From: Armatimonadota bacterium
Lineage (GTDB): Bacteria; Armatimonadota; UBA5829; DTLH01
Reading direction: 5' to 3'
DNA length: 36,668 nucleotides
Assembly: GCA_038207085.1 (NCBI GenBank)
Contig: JBBRAE010000028.1
Coordinates: 1 to 36,668 of the forward strand
Shown here: in pieces, positions 16,636 through 26,906 of the stretch
Layout: every line of letters begins with the position of its first letter
Position numbering within the stretch: the first letter of the stretch is position 1
Program-made: the position numbers and the translations under genes
The notes under the pieces: model-generated
The model's database searches: none
Told to the model about the DNA's origin: nothing
Seen by the model: only the letters and a program-made list of their open reading frames with translations

Positions 16636-17430
16636 TTACTCCTCCGAACGTTTCTCCGCAGGTGCGACCGCGTTTGCCATGCTCTTGATAAACGGGGTGA
16701 ACAGGTCGATCGGCACCGGGAAGATGGTCGTCGAGTTGTGCTCGGAGGCGACTTCAGTGAGTGTCTGCAGGAACCTGAGCTGAAGCGCCATTGGGTTCTG
16801 CGCGATGATCGCCGCCGCGTCCGAGAGTTTCTGCGCGGCCTGGAACTCGCCTTCGGCGTTGATGATCTTAGCGCGACGTTCCCGCTCGACTTCGGCCTGT
16901 CTGGCCATCGCCCGCTTCATCGTATCGGGAAGATTTACGTCTCGGATCTCGACCGCGGTGACTTTGATGCCCCAGGGTTCGGTCTGCTCGTCGATCAGAG
17001 TCTGGAGCAGCAGATTGAGCTTTTCACGCTGCGACAGCAGTTCGTCAAGCTCGGACTGCCCTACGACGCTCCGAAGCGAGGTCTGGGCGATGAGCGAGGT
17101 CGCTTTGACATAGTTCTCGATCTTGATAATCGCGTTTTCGGCGTTGACGATCTGGAAATATGTGACGGCGTCGACCGTGACCGGCACGTTGTCCCGGGTC
17201 ATCATCTCCTGCTTTGGCACGTCCATAGTGACAATACGCAGGTCCATCGTGTACATCTTGTCGATCACCGGCCAGATGACCCTGATTCCCGGCCCTTTGA
17301 TAGAGTGGAACCGCCCAAGGCGTAGCAAAACGCCTCGTTCCCACTCGCGAATGATTCTGATGGAGCTCATCACCACCATCAAAAAGATAACTAACAGAAT
17401 CCCAAAGAATACCGCACTAGCTCCAAACAT
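16636..17430 (-). CDS. Stomatin/slipin (SPFH, band 7) family protein
   Basis: N-terminal TM, EWERGV..RLGR, TRDNV.V.VDAV, AMARQAE.ERERRAKII.AEGE, LQLRFLQTL. AGGAGG RBS before ATG 17430. Confidence 0.95.
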   Translation of the reverse strand: MFGASAVFFGILLVIFLMVVMSSIRIIREWERGVLLRLGRFHSIKGPGIRVIWPVIDKMYTMDLRIVTMDVPKQEMMTRDNVPVTVDAVTYFQIVNAENAIIKIENYVKATSLIAQTSLRSVVGQSELDELLSQREKLNLLLQTLIDEQTEPWGIKVTAVEIRDVNLPDTMKRAMARQAEVERERRAKIINAEGEFQAAQKLSDAAAIIAQNPMALQLRFLQTLTEVASEHNSTTIFPVPIDLFTPFIKSMANAVAPAEKRSEE

Positions 17431-17579
17431 GATACAGACCCTCCTGTTTCTCGTGAGTTCGTTAAGCGTGATCGCGCCGGTTCTCCAGACCCCGCAGTGC
17501 ATGGATCGGAGTCAGGATACCCCTCAAATATGCGTGCCGCGTCTGGAGACACGGCACGATCAGGATCAGAGAATAATAT

Positions 17580-18893
17580 CTAGCCTACTACTCTCTCGAC
17601 TTTAACCTTTAGCCCCTTCATATCGACAATTCTTACCCTTTCGCCTTTGTTGATCATCCCTCCGTCGGTCCAGGCGCTCCAGAGCGTGCCTTCGGCGAAA
17701 ACTTGTCCGGTCGGTGCGATGTCGGTTCGGGCCTCAACGACCTTGCCCATCATCCCCTGTACGCCTGTTACCACCGGCATCTTGAGCGCTTTGGCTCCCC
17801 AGCCAACGAGAAAGATAAAGAACAGCGCGATCGCAAGCGTCCCAGCGGCGATGGTTGCGATCGGCACACTGAACGCAGGCGCGCCCGATGCGAAAAGCAT
17901 CACCGAACCCATGAAAAACGCGAGTATCGCCCCCGTGGTGAACACCCCGTGGCTTGGGACTTTGAGGTCGATTATAAATAGCCCGATTCCAAGTAGCACG
18001 AGCACGACTCCGGCGGTGTTGATCGGGATCACACTGAAGGAGAAAAGCAGCAGGATGAGCGCGACGATGCCGATCACTCCGGGGAACGTTGCGCCTGGGT
18101 TGTTGATCTCAAATATGATCCCGAGAATCGCGACGAGCATCAGGACGTAGGCTACAAGCGGGTTTCCAAGGAGACCGAGCATCTGCATCGCCCAGTTCAT
18201 ATTGATCTCTTCGATGGGGGCGTCTTTGGTTCTTAGCGTGACCCTGCCGGCTTTTGTGCGCACCGTGCGGCCGTCGGCTTTTTCGAGCACTTGTGGGACG
18301 GAGTCCGCGGTGAAATCGATCACTCCAAGCTTCACTGCATCAGTCGCCTTGACGTTCACCGACTTTCGCACGGCCTGCTCGGCCCATTTGGCGTTTCGGC
18401 CTCGTTCGTCGGCGATGGAGATGATGTAGGCTGAGGCGTCGTTGACGACTTTGGCCATCATCGTCTTGCTCACGGAGTCTGTCTGGTCGCCGCTTGCCCC
18501 TGGCGCGTTGAAGACAGGGTGCGCGGAGCCGATGTTGCTTACGGGAGCCATCGCGGCGATGTTCGCCGCCATCGTGATGAATGTCCCAGCAGATGCCGCC
18601 CGTCCGCCGCTTGGCACGTAGACGATGATCGGCACGCGGGCGTCGAGCATGGTCTGGACGATCTGACGCATCGGCTCGTAGCCGCCGCCTGGGGTGTCCA
18701 TCTTGATAAGCACCGCTCCGGCGTTGTGCTCTTCGGCGCGTTTTATGCCTTGCTGCACGTACTCGGCCATCGCGGGCTCAATCGGCCCGACGACCGTCAG
18801 CATGTAGACGGTCTTTGACGCCGCAAAGCTCGGAATCGCCGCCAGAGCGAACAATAAAACCGCGAATATAGAAGCAAACGTTCGCATTTTCAT
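17580..18893 (-). CDS. nfeD: NfeD family membrane-bound serine protease (ClpP-like domain, TM region, OB fold)
   Basis: Signal peptide, DTPGG, RAASAG, multiple TM helices, C-terminal GQVF.EG.LW.A; lies directly upstream of stomatin. Confidence 0.93.
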   Translation of the reverse strand: MKMRTFASIFAVLLFALAAIPSFAASKTVYMLTVVGPIEPAMAEYVQQGIKRAEEHNAGAVLIKMDTPGGGYEPMRQIVQTMLDARVPIIVYVPSGGRAASAGTFITMAANIAAMAPVSNIGSAHPVFNAPGASGDQTDSVSKTMMAKVVNDASAYIISIADERGRNAKWAEQAVRKSVNVKATDAVKLGVIDFTADSVPQVLEKADGRTVRTKAGRVTLRTKDAPIEEINMNWAMQMLGLLGNPLVAYVLMLVAILGIIFEINNPGATFPGVIGIVALILLLFSFSVIPINTAGVVLVLLGIGLFIIDLKVPSHGVFTTGAILAFFMGSVMLFASGAPAFSVPIATIAAGTLAIALFFIFLVGWGAKALKMPVVTGVQGMMGKVVEARTDIAPTGQVFAEGTLWSAWTDGGMINKGERVRIVDMKGLKVKVERVVG

Positions 18894-19074
18894 ATCATCA
18901 CCTGCATGAAATACGACATAGATGGGTGGGGGAGTTCACGCGTCTTCCCCTCAGACTAATTCTCATATTCTACACAGCCTGTCCGCTATCCTTCATTACC
19001 CGCAATCCCGGAGGAATTCGCGGTCGCAGCGAATAATTCACCGATAACAATGGCTTGTGGAGAAAAATACAACA

Positions 19075-21450
19075 ATGAGAGTGCTGATAACCTCCGACCC
19101 CTTCGCCGCTGTCACCGAAGACAAAGGCCCCTGGACACGGGGAATATGGCCGGCAAAATGGGTGACGTGTTCAAATACGGGCAATCCGCCCATCGTCGCT
19201 GCCTACCGCCGCCGCTTTAGCGTGGAAACCGACTCCACAGTGCGCGTCCACGTTACGGCCGATGAGCGCTACGAACTGTTTCTTGACGGTGAGCGCATAG
19301 GCCGGGGCAGTGAGCGTGGCGACCGGGGAAACTGGTTCTTTGAGACTTACGACCTGCCAGTTGCCGCAGGAAAACATGCCATCGTCGCCCGTGTCTGGAC
19401 CCTTGGCGACAACGCACCTTACGCGCAGGTGAGCGTCCGTCCCGGGTTTCTCCTCGCAGCCGAAGGTGAGTATGCCGATGTCCTCAACACGGGAGTCGCC
19501 CCCTGGGAAGTTAAAGTGCTCCCGGGCTACGAGCTTGTGGTGCAGAGCCTGGCATGGGGCACCGGCGCGAACCTGATCTTACACGGGGAGCAGTTTGACT
19601 GGGGCTTTGAGACGGGGAACAGCGCTGGCTGGCAACCTGCGGCGAACTCGCACGCGGCTATTAACGCCGAGTTCCTGGTTGAATCGCCGAAGGTCCAGCT
19701 TCTCAAGCCCGCGACCCTTCCACCTATGCTGGAGACGCCCACCCCGATCGCTTCTGTGCGTTTTGTGAGCGAAAACCTCGACGCGGGTCAACGCGTGGGT
19801 CTGCAGGACAGCATCCCTGAGGCCGTCGAGCTTTGGAGCCGTCTGCGGAGCGGCGAACCGGTCCATATTCCAGCCAACACCGCGCAGCGGGTCATTATCG
19901 ACCTTGAAAACTACTTCTGCGCCTACCCCGAGCTTGTTACAACCGGAGGGCGCGGCGCAAGCGTGCGCATCGAATGGGCCGAGGCACTCTGGCAGGCTCT
20001 TCCAAGGGGATGGGAATACTTCGGCGACAAGGGCAACCGAAACGAAATCGACGGCAAGCTGTTCCATGGGGTAGGGGACACGTTCCTGCCCGACGGTGGC
20101 GCGTCCCGGCGCTTCGACACCCTGTGGTGGCAGGCCGGACGATACATCCAATTGCTCGTGCGCACCGCTGACGAGCCTCTGACGATTGAGCGTTTTTCCC
20201 TGCGCGAAACACGATACCCGCTTTTGATGGAAGGCAGCTTCACATCAAGCGATGAGCGCGTGAACCGAACTATTCCAACTATGCTCCGGGGACTCCAGAT
20301 GTGCTCGCACGAGACGTATATGGACTGCCCCTACTACGAGCAGATGATGTACATTGGCGATACCCGCCTTGAGGTGCTCACTACCTACGCGCTCACCGGC
20401 GACGACCGTCTTCCTCGCAAGGCGCTTAGTATGTTCGACGTCTCCCGGCTGACAGGCGGCTTTACCCAGTCGCGATACCCAGTGCGCGTCGGCCAGGTTA
20501 TCCCCCCGTTTTCTCTGTGGTGGATTTCAATGGTCCACGACTACGCTCTCTGGAGGGACGACCCCACGCTAGTCAAGCAGATGATGATTGGCGTGCGCGG
20601 AGTGATCGATGCCTTCGCAGGCCATATCAACTCCGAGGGTCTTGTGGAGGCCACACCCGGCTGGAATTTCGTCGACTGGGTTCCAGCCTGGCCCGGAGGC
20701 CTTCCCCCTGAGGCGGACAAAGGCGTAAGCGGGATCATTAACTGGCACTACGCGCTCGCGCTCGCAGCCGCAGCCGAGCTTGAGGATATGCTGGGCGAAG
20801 CCGAGCTCGCCCAAAGGAACCGTCGAATGGCCCGAGAGCTTGCTGACCGGATCAAGACTAATTTCTGGGACTCCAGCCGCTCGCTTTTTGCCGACGACCA
20901 GGCCAAAATGAGCTTTTCCGAGCATGCCCAGTGTCTTGCTATCCTATCAGGCCTGCTTGACCCTGAGATGGTCCAGGAGTTGGGAGAGTCGATGCTCGCC
21001 GCGACTGACCTCCACCGCACGACCATCTACTTCACACACTATCTATTCGAGACCTACCGTGCGCTTGGCAAGATCGACCCGCTTTTCGACCGTCTCAGCC
21101 TCTGGTTCGAGCTCGAACGCCACGGGTTCAAGACGACCTTTGAGATGCCGGAGCCGACCCGTTCCGACTGCCACGCCTGGGGGGCGCACCCGCTGTTTCA
21201 CTATTATGCGACTGTTCTCGGCATTCGGCCTGCCGCTCCCGGGTTTGCCGAGGTGAGAATCGAGCCTAACCTCGGGGTTCTTACGAGCGCGAAAGGCACG
21301 ATGCCGCACCCCCTGGGGGAGATAGCCGTCGATTTCAGCGTCACTGAGGGGCGAATCTCAGGCTCAGTCACTCTTCCCGATGGGCTGACCGGCACACTCG
21401 CGCTTTCTGATCGCATGCAGCATTTGCACCCCGGCTTGCAGACATTCTGA
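19075..21450 (+). CDS. Alpha-L-rhamnosidase (GH78)
   Basis: HVTADERYEL, DCPYYEQ..YIGD, RSDCHAWGAHP. Start is ATG 19075 or GTG 19057. Confidence 0.9.
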   Translation: MRVLITSDPFAAVTEDKGPWTRGIWPAKWVTCSNTGNPPIVAAYRRRFSVETDSTVRVHVTADERYELFLDGERIGRGSERGDRGNWFFETYDLPVAAGKHAIVARVWTLGDNAPYAQVSVRPGFLLAAEGEYADVLNTGVAPWEVKVLPGYELVVQSLAWGTGANLILHGEQFDWGFETGNSAGWQPAANSHAAINAEFLVESPKVQLLKPATLPPMLETPTPIASVRFVSENLDAGQRVGLQDSIPEAVELWSRLRSGEPVHIPANTAQRVIIDLENYFCAYPELVTTGGRGASVRIEWAEALWQALPRGWEYFGDKGNRNEIDGKLFHGVGDTFLPDGGASRRFDTLWWQAGRYIQLLVRTADEPLTIERFSLRETRYPLLMEGSFTSSDERVNRTIPTMLRGLQMCSHETYMDCPYYEQMMYIGDTRLEVLTTYALTGDDRLPRKALSMFDVSRLTGGFTQSRYPVRVGQVIPPFSLWWISMVHDYALWRDDPTLVKQMMIGVRGVIDAFAGHINSEGLVEATPGWNFVDWVPAWPGGLPPEADKGVSGIINWHYALALAAAAELEDMLGEAELAQRNRRMARELADRIKTNFWDSSRSLFADDQAKMSFSEHAQCLAILSGLLDPEMVQELGESMLAATDLHRTTIYFTHYLFETYRALGKIDPLFDRLSLWFELERHGFKTTFEMPEPTRSDCHAWGAHPLFHYYATVLGIRPAAPGFAEVRIEPNLGVLTSAKGTMPHPLGEIAVDFSVTEGRISGSVTLPDGLTGTLALSDRMQHLHPGLQTF

Positions 21451-21545
21451 CGTTTTCTAATGGGCGACGGCAGCAGCGGCGCGCAATAGTGAAGTGTTCT
21501 GTAACAGCCGAACAATCCAAGGGCCGGGGGAGAAGTCTCCTGGCC

Positions 21546-23831
21546 CTAACTTTCTTCGCCCAACTCCCCAAGAAGCTCTTTGATCAAGAACGCTGCGCCG
21601 TCTTTGTCGAGCGGCTGGTTGTTGTTGCCGCACTTTGGCGATTGGACGCAGGACGGGCAGCCGTCTTTGCAGACGCAGTCCTCTATCGATTTTAGCGTCG
21701 CTTCGAGCAGGTCGTCGAGCCTTTCGTAGGCTGTTTCGGCTATGCCGACGCCTCCGGGGTGGGCGTCGTAGATAAATATCGCGGGGAGGTTGCCGACATC
21801 GGGGTGCGCGGGGTGGGAGACGCCGCCGATGTCCTGCCTGTCGCACATCGCGAAAAGCGGCAGAATCCCGATCGCGGCGTGCTCGATCGCGTGGATCGTT
21901 CCCGCGAGGTCGAAACCCCTGCCTATCAACTTGCTCGCAAGCCTCTCAGGCACGGCGAACCATACTGCCTGAGTCGGGAAGCTCAGCTCCGGCAGCTCAA
22001 GGGGCACGTACTGGAGCACTTCGTCGGTAAAAAGCTGCTTGCGACGGAACCCTGTCACCTGGTTTGTGACCTCTGCGTCGCCGATGTAGGCCATCGTCGA
22101 ACCAAACGCCTTGGACTCAATCTCAACGCTCTTCACTATATGTGTCTGCGAGTTCGGCACGGTGTAGTAGGGGAGATCGGCATGGTCGACAAACGCCACG
22201 TGCGCATCTATGTCCAGCCGCTCGACGATGTACGCCTCCCCAGCGTGCAGGTAAACCGCGCCGGGGTGGACGGTGTCGAAGGCGTTCGCAGAGTCGACGG
22301 TGCCCATCACCTTACCGTCCTTAATGTCTACGATGTTGAAGCTGTTGCTCGTGGTCGACCTGATATTCACGCGTTTTGCCGGATAGTCGTCACCCGACCA
22401 GAACCACCGGCCCCGGTAGGTGAGTTCACCCGACTCACCGAGCAGCGCAAGGACTTCATACAGCCGCTCACCGAAGAGTTCGACCTCCTCGTTTTCGAGC
22501 GGCAGCTCGTAGGCCGCACAAAGCGCGTGTTCGGCGAGGACGTAGGGGTTCTGCGGGTCGATTATCGCCTGCTCGGGCGTGTGTCCGAAGAAATACTCCG
22601 GGTTTCTCATCAGGAACTGGTCGATTGGGTTATCTATCCCAACAAGCACCGCAAGCGAGGCTTCGAGCTGACGCCCCGCTCGACCGGCCTGCTGCCAGGT
22701 GCTTGCGATCGTGCCGGGGTAGCCGACTATTATCGACGCGTCAAGGTTGCCGACATCGATGCCTAGTTCAAGCGCGTTTGTGCTGGTGACGCCGAGCAAG
22801 TCTCCCTTGAAAAGCTTTTGCTCTATCACACGCCGATCTTCGGGTTTGTAGCCTCCCCTGTAGGACATCACCCTCTCGATCCTGGGCGAGTCCCTGCGAT
22901 CCAGCTCCTGTTTTGTATAACGTAGTATAAGTTCAGCGCTTTTTCTTGCAAGTGTAAAGACGATCGTCCGCACTCCGCGCTCTACCAGTTCAGTGAAGAG
23001 ATGCACCGCCTCCACATTCGCGCTGCGCCTGTCGCCGTTGCTGGAGATGAAGGGCGGGTTCCAGAAGACGAAGTATTTCTCACCCGATGGCGCCGAATCC
23101 CGGTCAATGACTCGGGTCTTGACGCCGGTCAGCGCCTCGACGTGCTGCTCAGGGTTGTCAATGGTAGCCGAAGCGCAGATGAACTGAGGGTCCGCCCCGT
23201 AGTGTCGCGCGATCCGCCGCAGCCGCCTGATGATATTCCCAACGTGCGACCCGAAGACGCCCCTGTAGGTATGCACCTCATCGATCACAACGAACTTCAG
23301 ATTCCTGAAAAACTGCGCCCATGTCGTGTGGCAGGGAAGTATCGCCAGATGCAGCATATCGGGGTTTGTTAGGATAATTCGAGCGTTTCGCCTGACCTGC
23401 CCGCGCTGATAGGTAGGGGTGTCCCCATCGTAGGTGAACGCCTTTTCAGCCGGTTCGACACCGTAATCTCGCAACTTCCCAAGCTGGTCCTGAGCAAGCG
23501 CCTTGGTGGGAAAGAGATAGAGTGCGCGAGCCTTCGGATCGGCCTCAAGCGCTTCAAGCACGGGGAGATTGTAGCAAAGCGTCTTCCCCGACGCGGTCGA
23601 CGTGACGACCACGGTGTTTTCCCCTCGACGTGCGGCATTGAGCGCGTGGGCCTGGTGGACGAACAGCTTGAGGATCCCGTCCCGCCGAAGTGCAGCCGCA
23701 AGTGAGTCGGGCAGGGGGCTGTCGAGCGTCCCGTAGGAAGCCTTTCGCGCCGGAATATGCTCCACGTGAGCGATCTGGCCCTTATACTCGCGGTCTTTCT
23801 TAAGTTGTCGAATAAACTCTGCTGCGCGCAA
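21546..23831 (-). CDS. DEAD/DEAH-box helicase with a C-terminal DUF1998 zinc domain (MrfA/YprA/Hrq1-like)
   Basis: TSTASGKT, DEVH, SAT, QQAGRAGR, C.C.DGCPSC..SPKCGNNN. Confidence 0.93.
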   Translation of the reverse strand: MRAAEFIRQLKKDREYKGQIAHVEHIPARKASYGTLDSPLPDSLAAALRRDGILKLFVHQAHALNAARRGENTVVVTSTASGKTLCYNLPVLEALEADPKARALYLFPTKALAQDQLGKLRDYGVEPAEKAFTYDGDTPTYQRGQVRRNARIILTNPDMLHLAILPCHTTWAQFFRNLKFVVIDEVHTYRGVFGSHVGNIIRRLRRIARHYGADPQFICASATIDNPEQHVEALTGVKTRVIDRDSAPSGEKYFVFWNPPFISSNGDRRSANVEAVHLFTELVERGVRTIVFTLARKSAELILRYTKQELDRRDSPRIERVMSYRGGYKPEDRRVIEQKLFKGDLLGVTSTNALELGIDVGNLDASIIVGYPGTIASTWQQAGRAGRQLEASLAVLVGIDNPIDQFLMRNPEYFFGHTPEQAIIDPQNPYVLAEHALCAAYELPLENEEVELFGERLYEVLALLGESGELTYRGRWFWSGDDYPAKRVNIRSTTSNSFNIVDIKDGKVMGTVDSANAFDTVHPGAVYLHAGEAYIVERLDIDAHVAFVDHADLPYYTVPNSQTHIVKSVEIESKAFGSTMAYIGDAEVTNQVTGFRRKQLFTDEVLQYVPLELPELSFPTQAVWFAVPERLASKLIGRGFDLAGTIHAIEHAAIGILPLFAMCDRQDIGGVSHPAHPDVGNLPAIFIYDAHPGGVGIAETAYERLDDLLEATLKSIEDCVCKDGCPSCVQSPKCGNNNQPLDKDGAAFLIKELLGELGEES

Positions 23832-23949
23832 AATCAATCTCCACCATTTCTATCAATAAAATGCCACCTTATTATGCACTCGAACGTCCGTTCAGTCAAG
23901 GGCCGATTCATCGATCGGGGAGCCGCATTTCCCACCCAACCCCCGCGCG

Positions 23950-23958
23950 TGGTATAAT
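23950..23958 (+). promoter_or_regulatory. Extended -10 promoter of prfC
   Basis: TG-G-TATAAT about 50 nt upstream of the TTG start. Confidence 0.55.
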
Positions 23959-24009
23959 ATTAACCAGAGACTGCGCGCCTGTTTATGGCGCTTTTTTTGT
24001 GAGGAACAC

Positions 24010-25623
<1,614 letters not shown>

Positions 25624-25646
25624 TCTTGGTCCTTCCAGAACTCGAT

Positions 25647-25750
25647 CGTTCGGGAGATTGCTCCCGAACGCAAAGAACAACGAGGACTTTAGTCCGGTGA
25701 GTCGACTATAGCCGACTGAGCGGGAGTGAACTCCCTTGCTGTTCTTTGCG
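25647..25750. repeat. REP-like hairpin cluster between convergent genes
   Basis: CGTTCGGGAG/CTCCCGAACG hairpin, then CGCAAAGAACA...TGTTCTTTGCG arms enclosing GGACTTTAGTCC and GGGAGTGAACTCCC mini-palindromes. Confidence 0.6.
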
Positions 25751-25839
25751 TGCGCGATGAATATCGCGCACGATCCTGTCGCCGATCACGGGGGCTTCGG
25801 GACGAAAAACTTGTCCCAAAGCATATTTGACCAACTCCG

Positions 25840-26823
25840 TCAGTCCGGATAATTCCCCTCAGCTCTCCACACATCGAGAATCGTCTCGTAGCGCGAGAGC
25901 CTCATCCCTGTGTAGATGCAGTTGGAGGTCGAGAAGATGTATCCGCCGCCCGGCATCCCGTGCTTGAGGGCGTAGCGGGCAGACTCTCGGGCCTCTTCTT
26001 CTGTCCCTGTGTCAAGAAGCCCGCAGTTGACGTTTCCGATCAGGCAGACCCGGTTTCCGTAGAGTCGCTTCACCTCGGCGATGTCTACCCCTGCTTGAGG
26101 ATCGATCGAGTGTAGGGCGTGGGGGTTGGCATCTACAAGCTGGTCGATGATCGGCATGATGTTGCCGTCGGTGTGCTTGATTGTGTAGAAGCCGAGGTCC
26201 CTGTAGCCTTTGATCAGCTTTGCGAGGTATGGCGTGACGAACTCAGAGAACTGGTTCGGGCTCATAAAGGGGCCAGTATTCAGGCAGTAGTCGGCGCAGA
26301 GCGCATAGCCGTCTAGCCCGCCGTGCTTTCTGATGACCTCTGCTCTTTCCAGGGCTGAGCTGACCATGTTCTCGGCCTCAGACTTCATCCCGTCGGGGTC
26401 GTCGACCATTCGGAAGGAGAAATCAAGCATTTTATCGCCGTTTGGGATGTCATAGGTCGCGTCACCGTGCATCATCAGATAATACTTGTCGCCTGACTTT
26501 TCTCTAACGGCATCGATCAGCGCAAGCACGTCTTTGATGTCCCAGGGGTTTGGGTGAAGGAAGATCGCGCTGTGCTCGAATCGCTCGGCTGTCGCGATGT
26601 AGAGTCCTGCCATATCGTCGATGTGCAGTCGCCGCTCTTTTTCTTCCATCTGGTCCCACTGACTGTAGGCGCGGTGGCAGGGGTGGACCTTGCCGAAGGC
26701 CTCCATCGTCAGGAAGAAGACAAGCTCAAAGTGCGGAACACGTCCCGCTATGGGCTGTCGCTCAAGCGCTGCGATAAATCTTTCTCTGGGTGTCATCAGG
26801 TGTAAACTCGCTTCTGTTTGCAT
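25840..26823 (-). CDS. Uroporphyrinogen decarboxylase superfamily protein (URO-D/MtaA-CmuA-like)
   Basis: MTPRERF, ADY....GPFMSP..F.EF..PY, HTDGN, CLIGNV, GGGYIFSTSN. Confidence 0.88.
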   Translation of the reverse strand: MQTEASLHLMTPRERFIAALERQPIAGRVPHFELVFFLTMEAFGKVHPCHRAYSQWDQMEEKERRLHIDDMAGLYIATAERFEHSAIFLHPNPWDIKDVLALIDAVREKSGDKYYLMMHGDATYDIPNGDKMLDFSFRMVDDPDGMKSEAENMVSSALERAEVIRKHGGLDGYALCADYCLNTGPFMSPNQFSEFVTPYLAKLIKGYRDLGFYTIKHTDGNIMPIIDQLVDANPHALHSIDPQAGVDIAEVKRLYGNRVCLIGNVNCGLLDTGTEEEARESARYALKHGMPGGGYIFSTSNCIYTGMRLSRYETILDVWRAEGNYPD

Positions 26824-26831
26824 TTTCGTAG

Positions 26832-26860
26832 AGTCTACCTTAGGAGTGCCTGAAAGTCAA
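26832..26860 (-). promoter_or_regulatory. Sigma-70 promoter giving a near-leaderless URO-D-like mRNA
   Basis: TTGACT-N17-TAGACT ending 8 nt before ATG 26823. Confidence 0.6.
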
Positions 26861-26891
26861 CCGGTAAGCATGCCAGCGTGCGGTCGTAGTG

Positions 26892-26900
26892 TGATATAAT
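26892..26900 (+). promoter_or_regulatory. Extended -10 promoter giving a leaderless aspA mRNA
   Basis: TG-A-TATAAT ending 6 nt before ATG 26907; no SD. Confidence 0.6.
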
Positions 26901-26906
26901 TATTAT

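Noticed and set aside
21546..23831. DISARM/Druantia defence system suggested by DUF1998
   Set aside because: No methylase, drmA/drmC or other partner genes are nearby, and the fused architecture matches MrfA/Hrq1-type repair helicases.
25840..26823. Calling the URO-D-like protein hemE
   Set aside because: It lacks the N-terminal W.MRQAGR motif of true HemE and has no heme-pathway neighbours.
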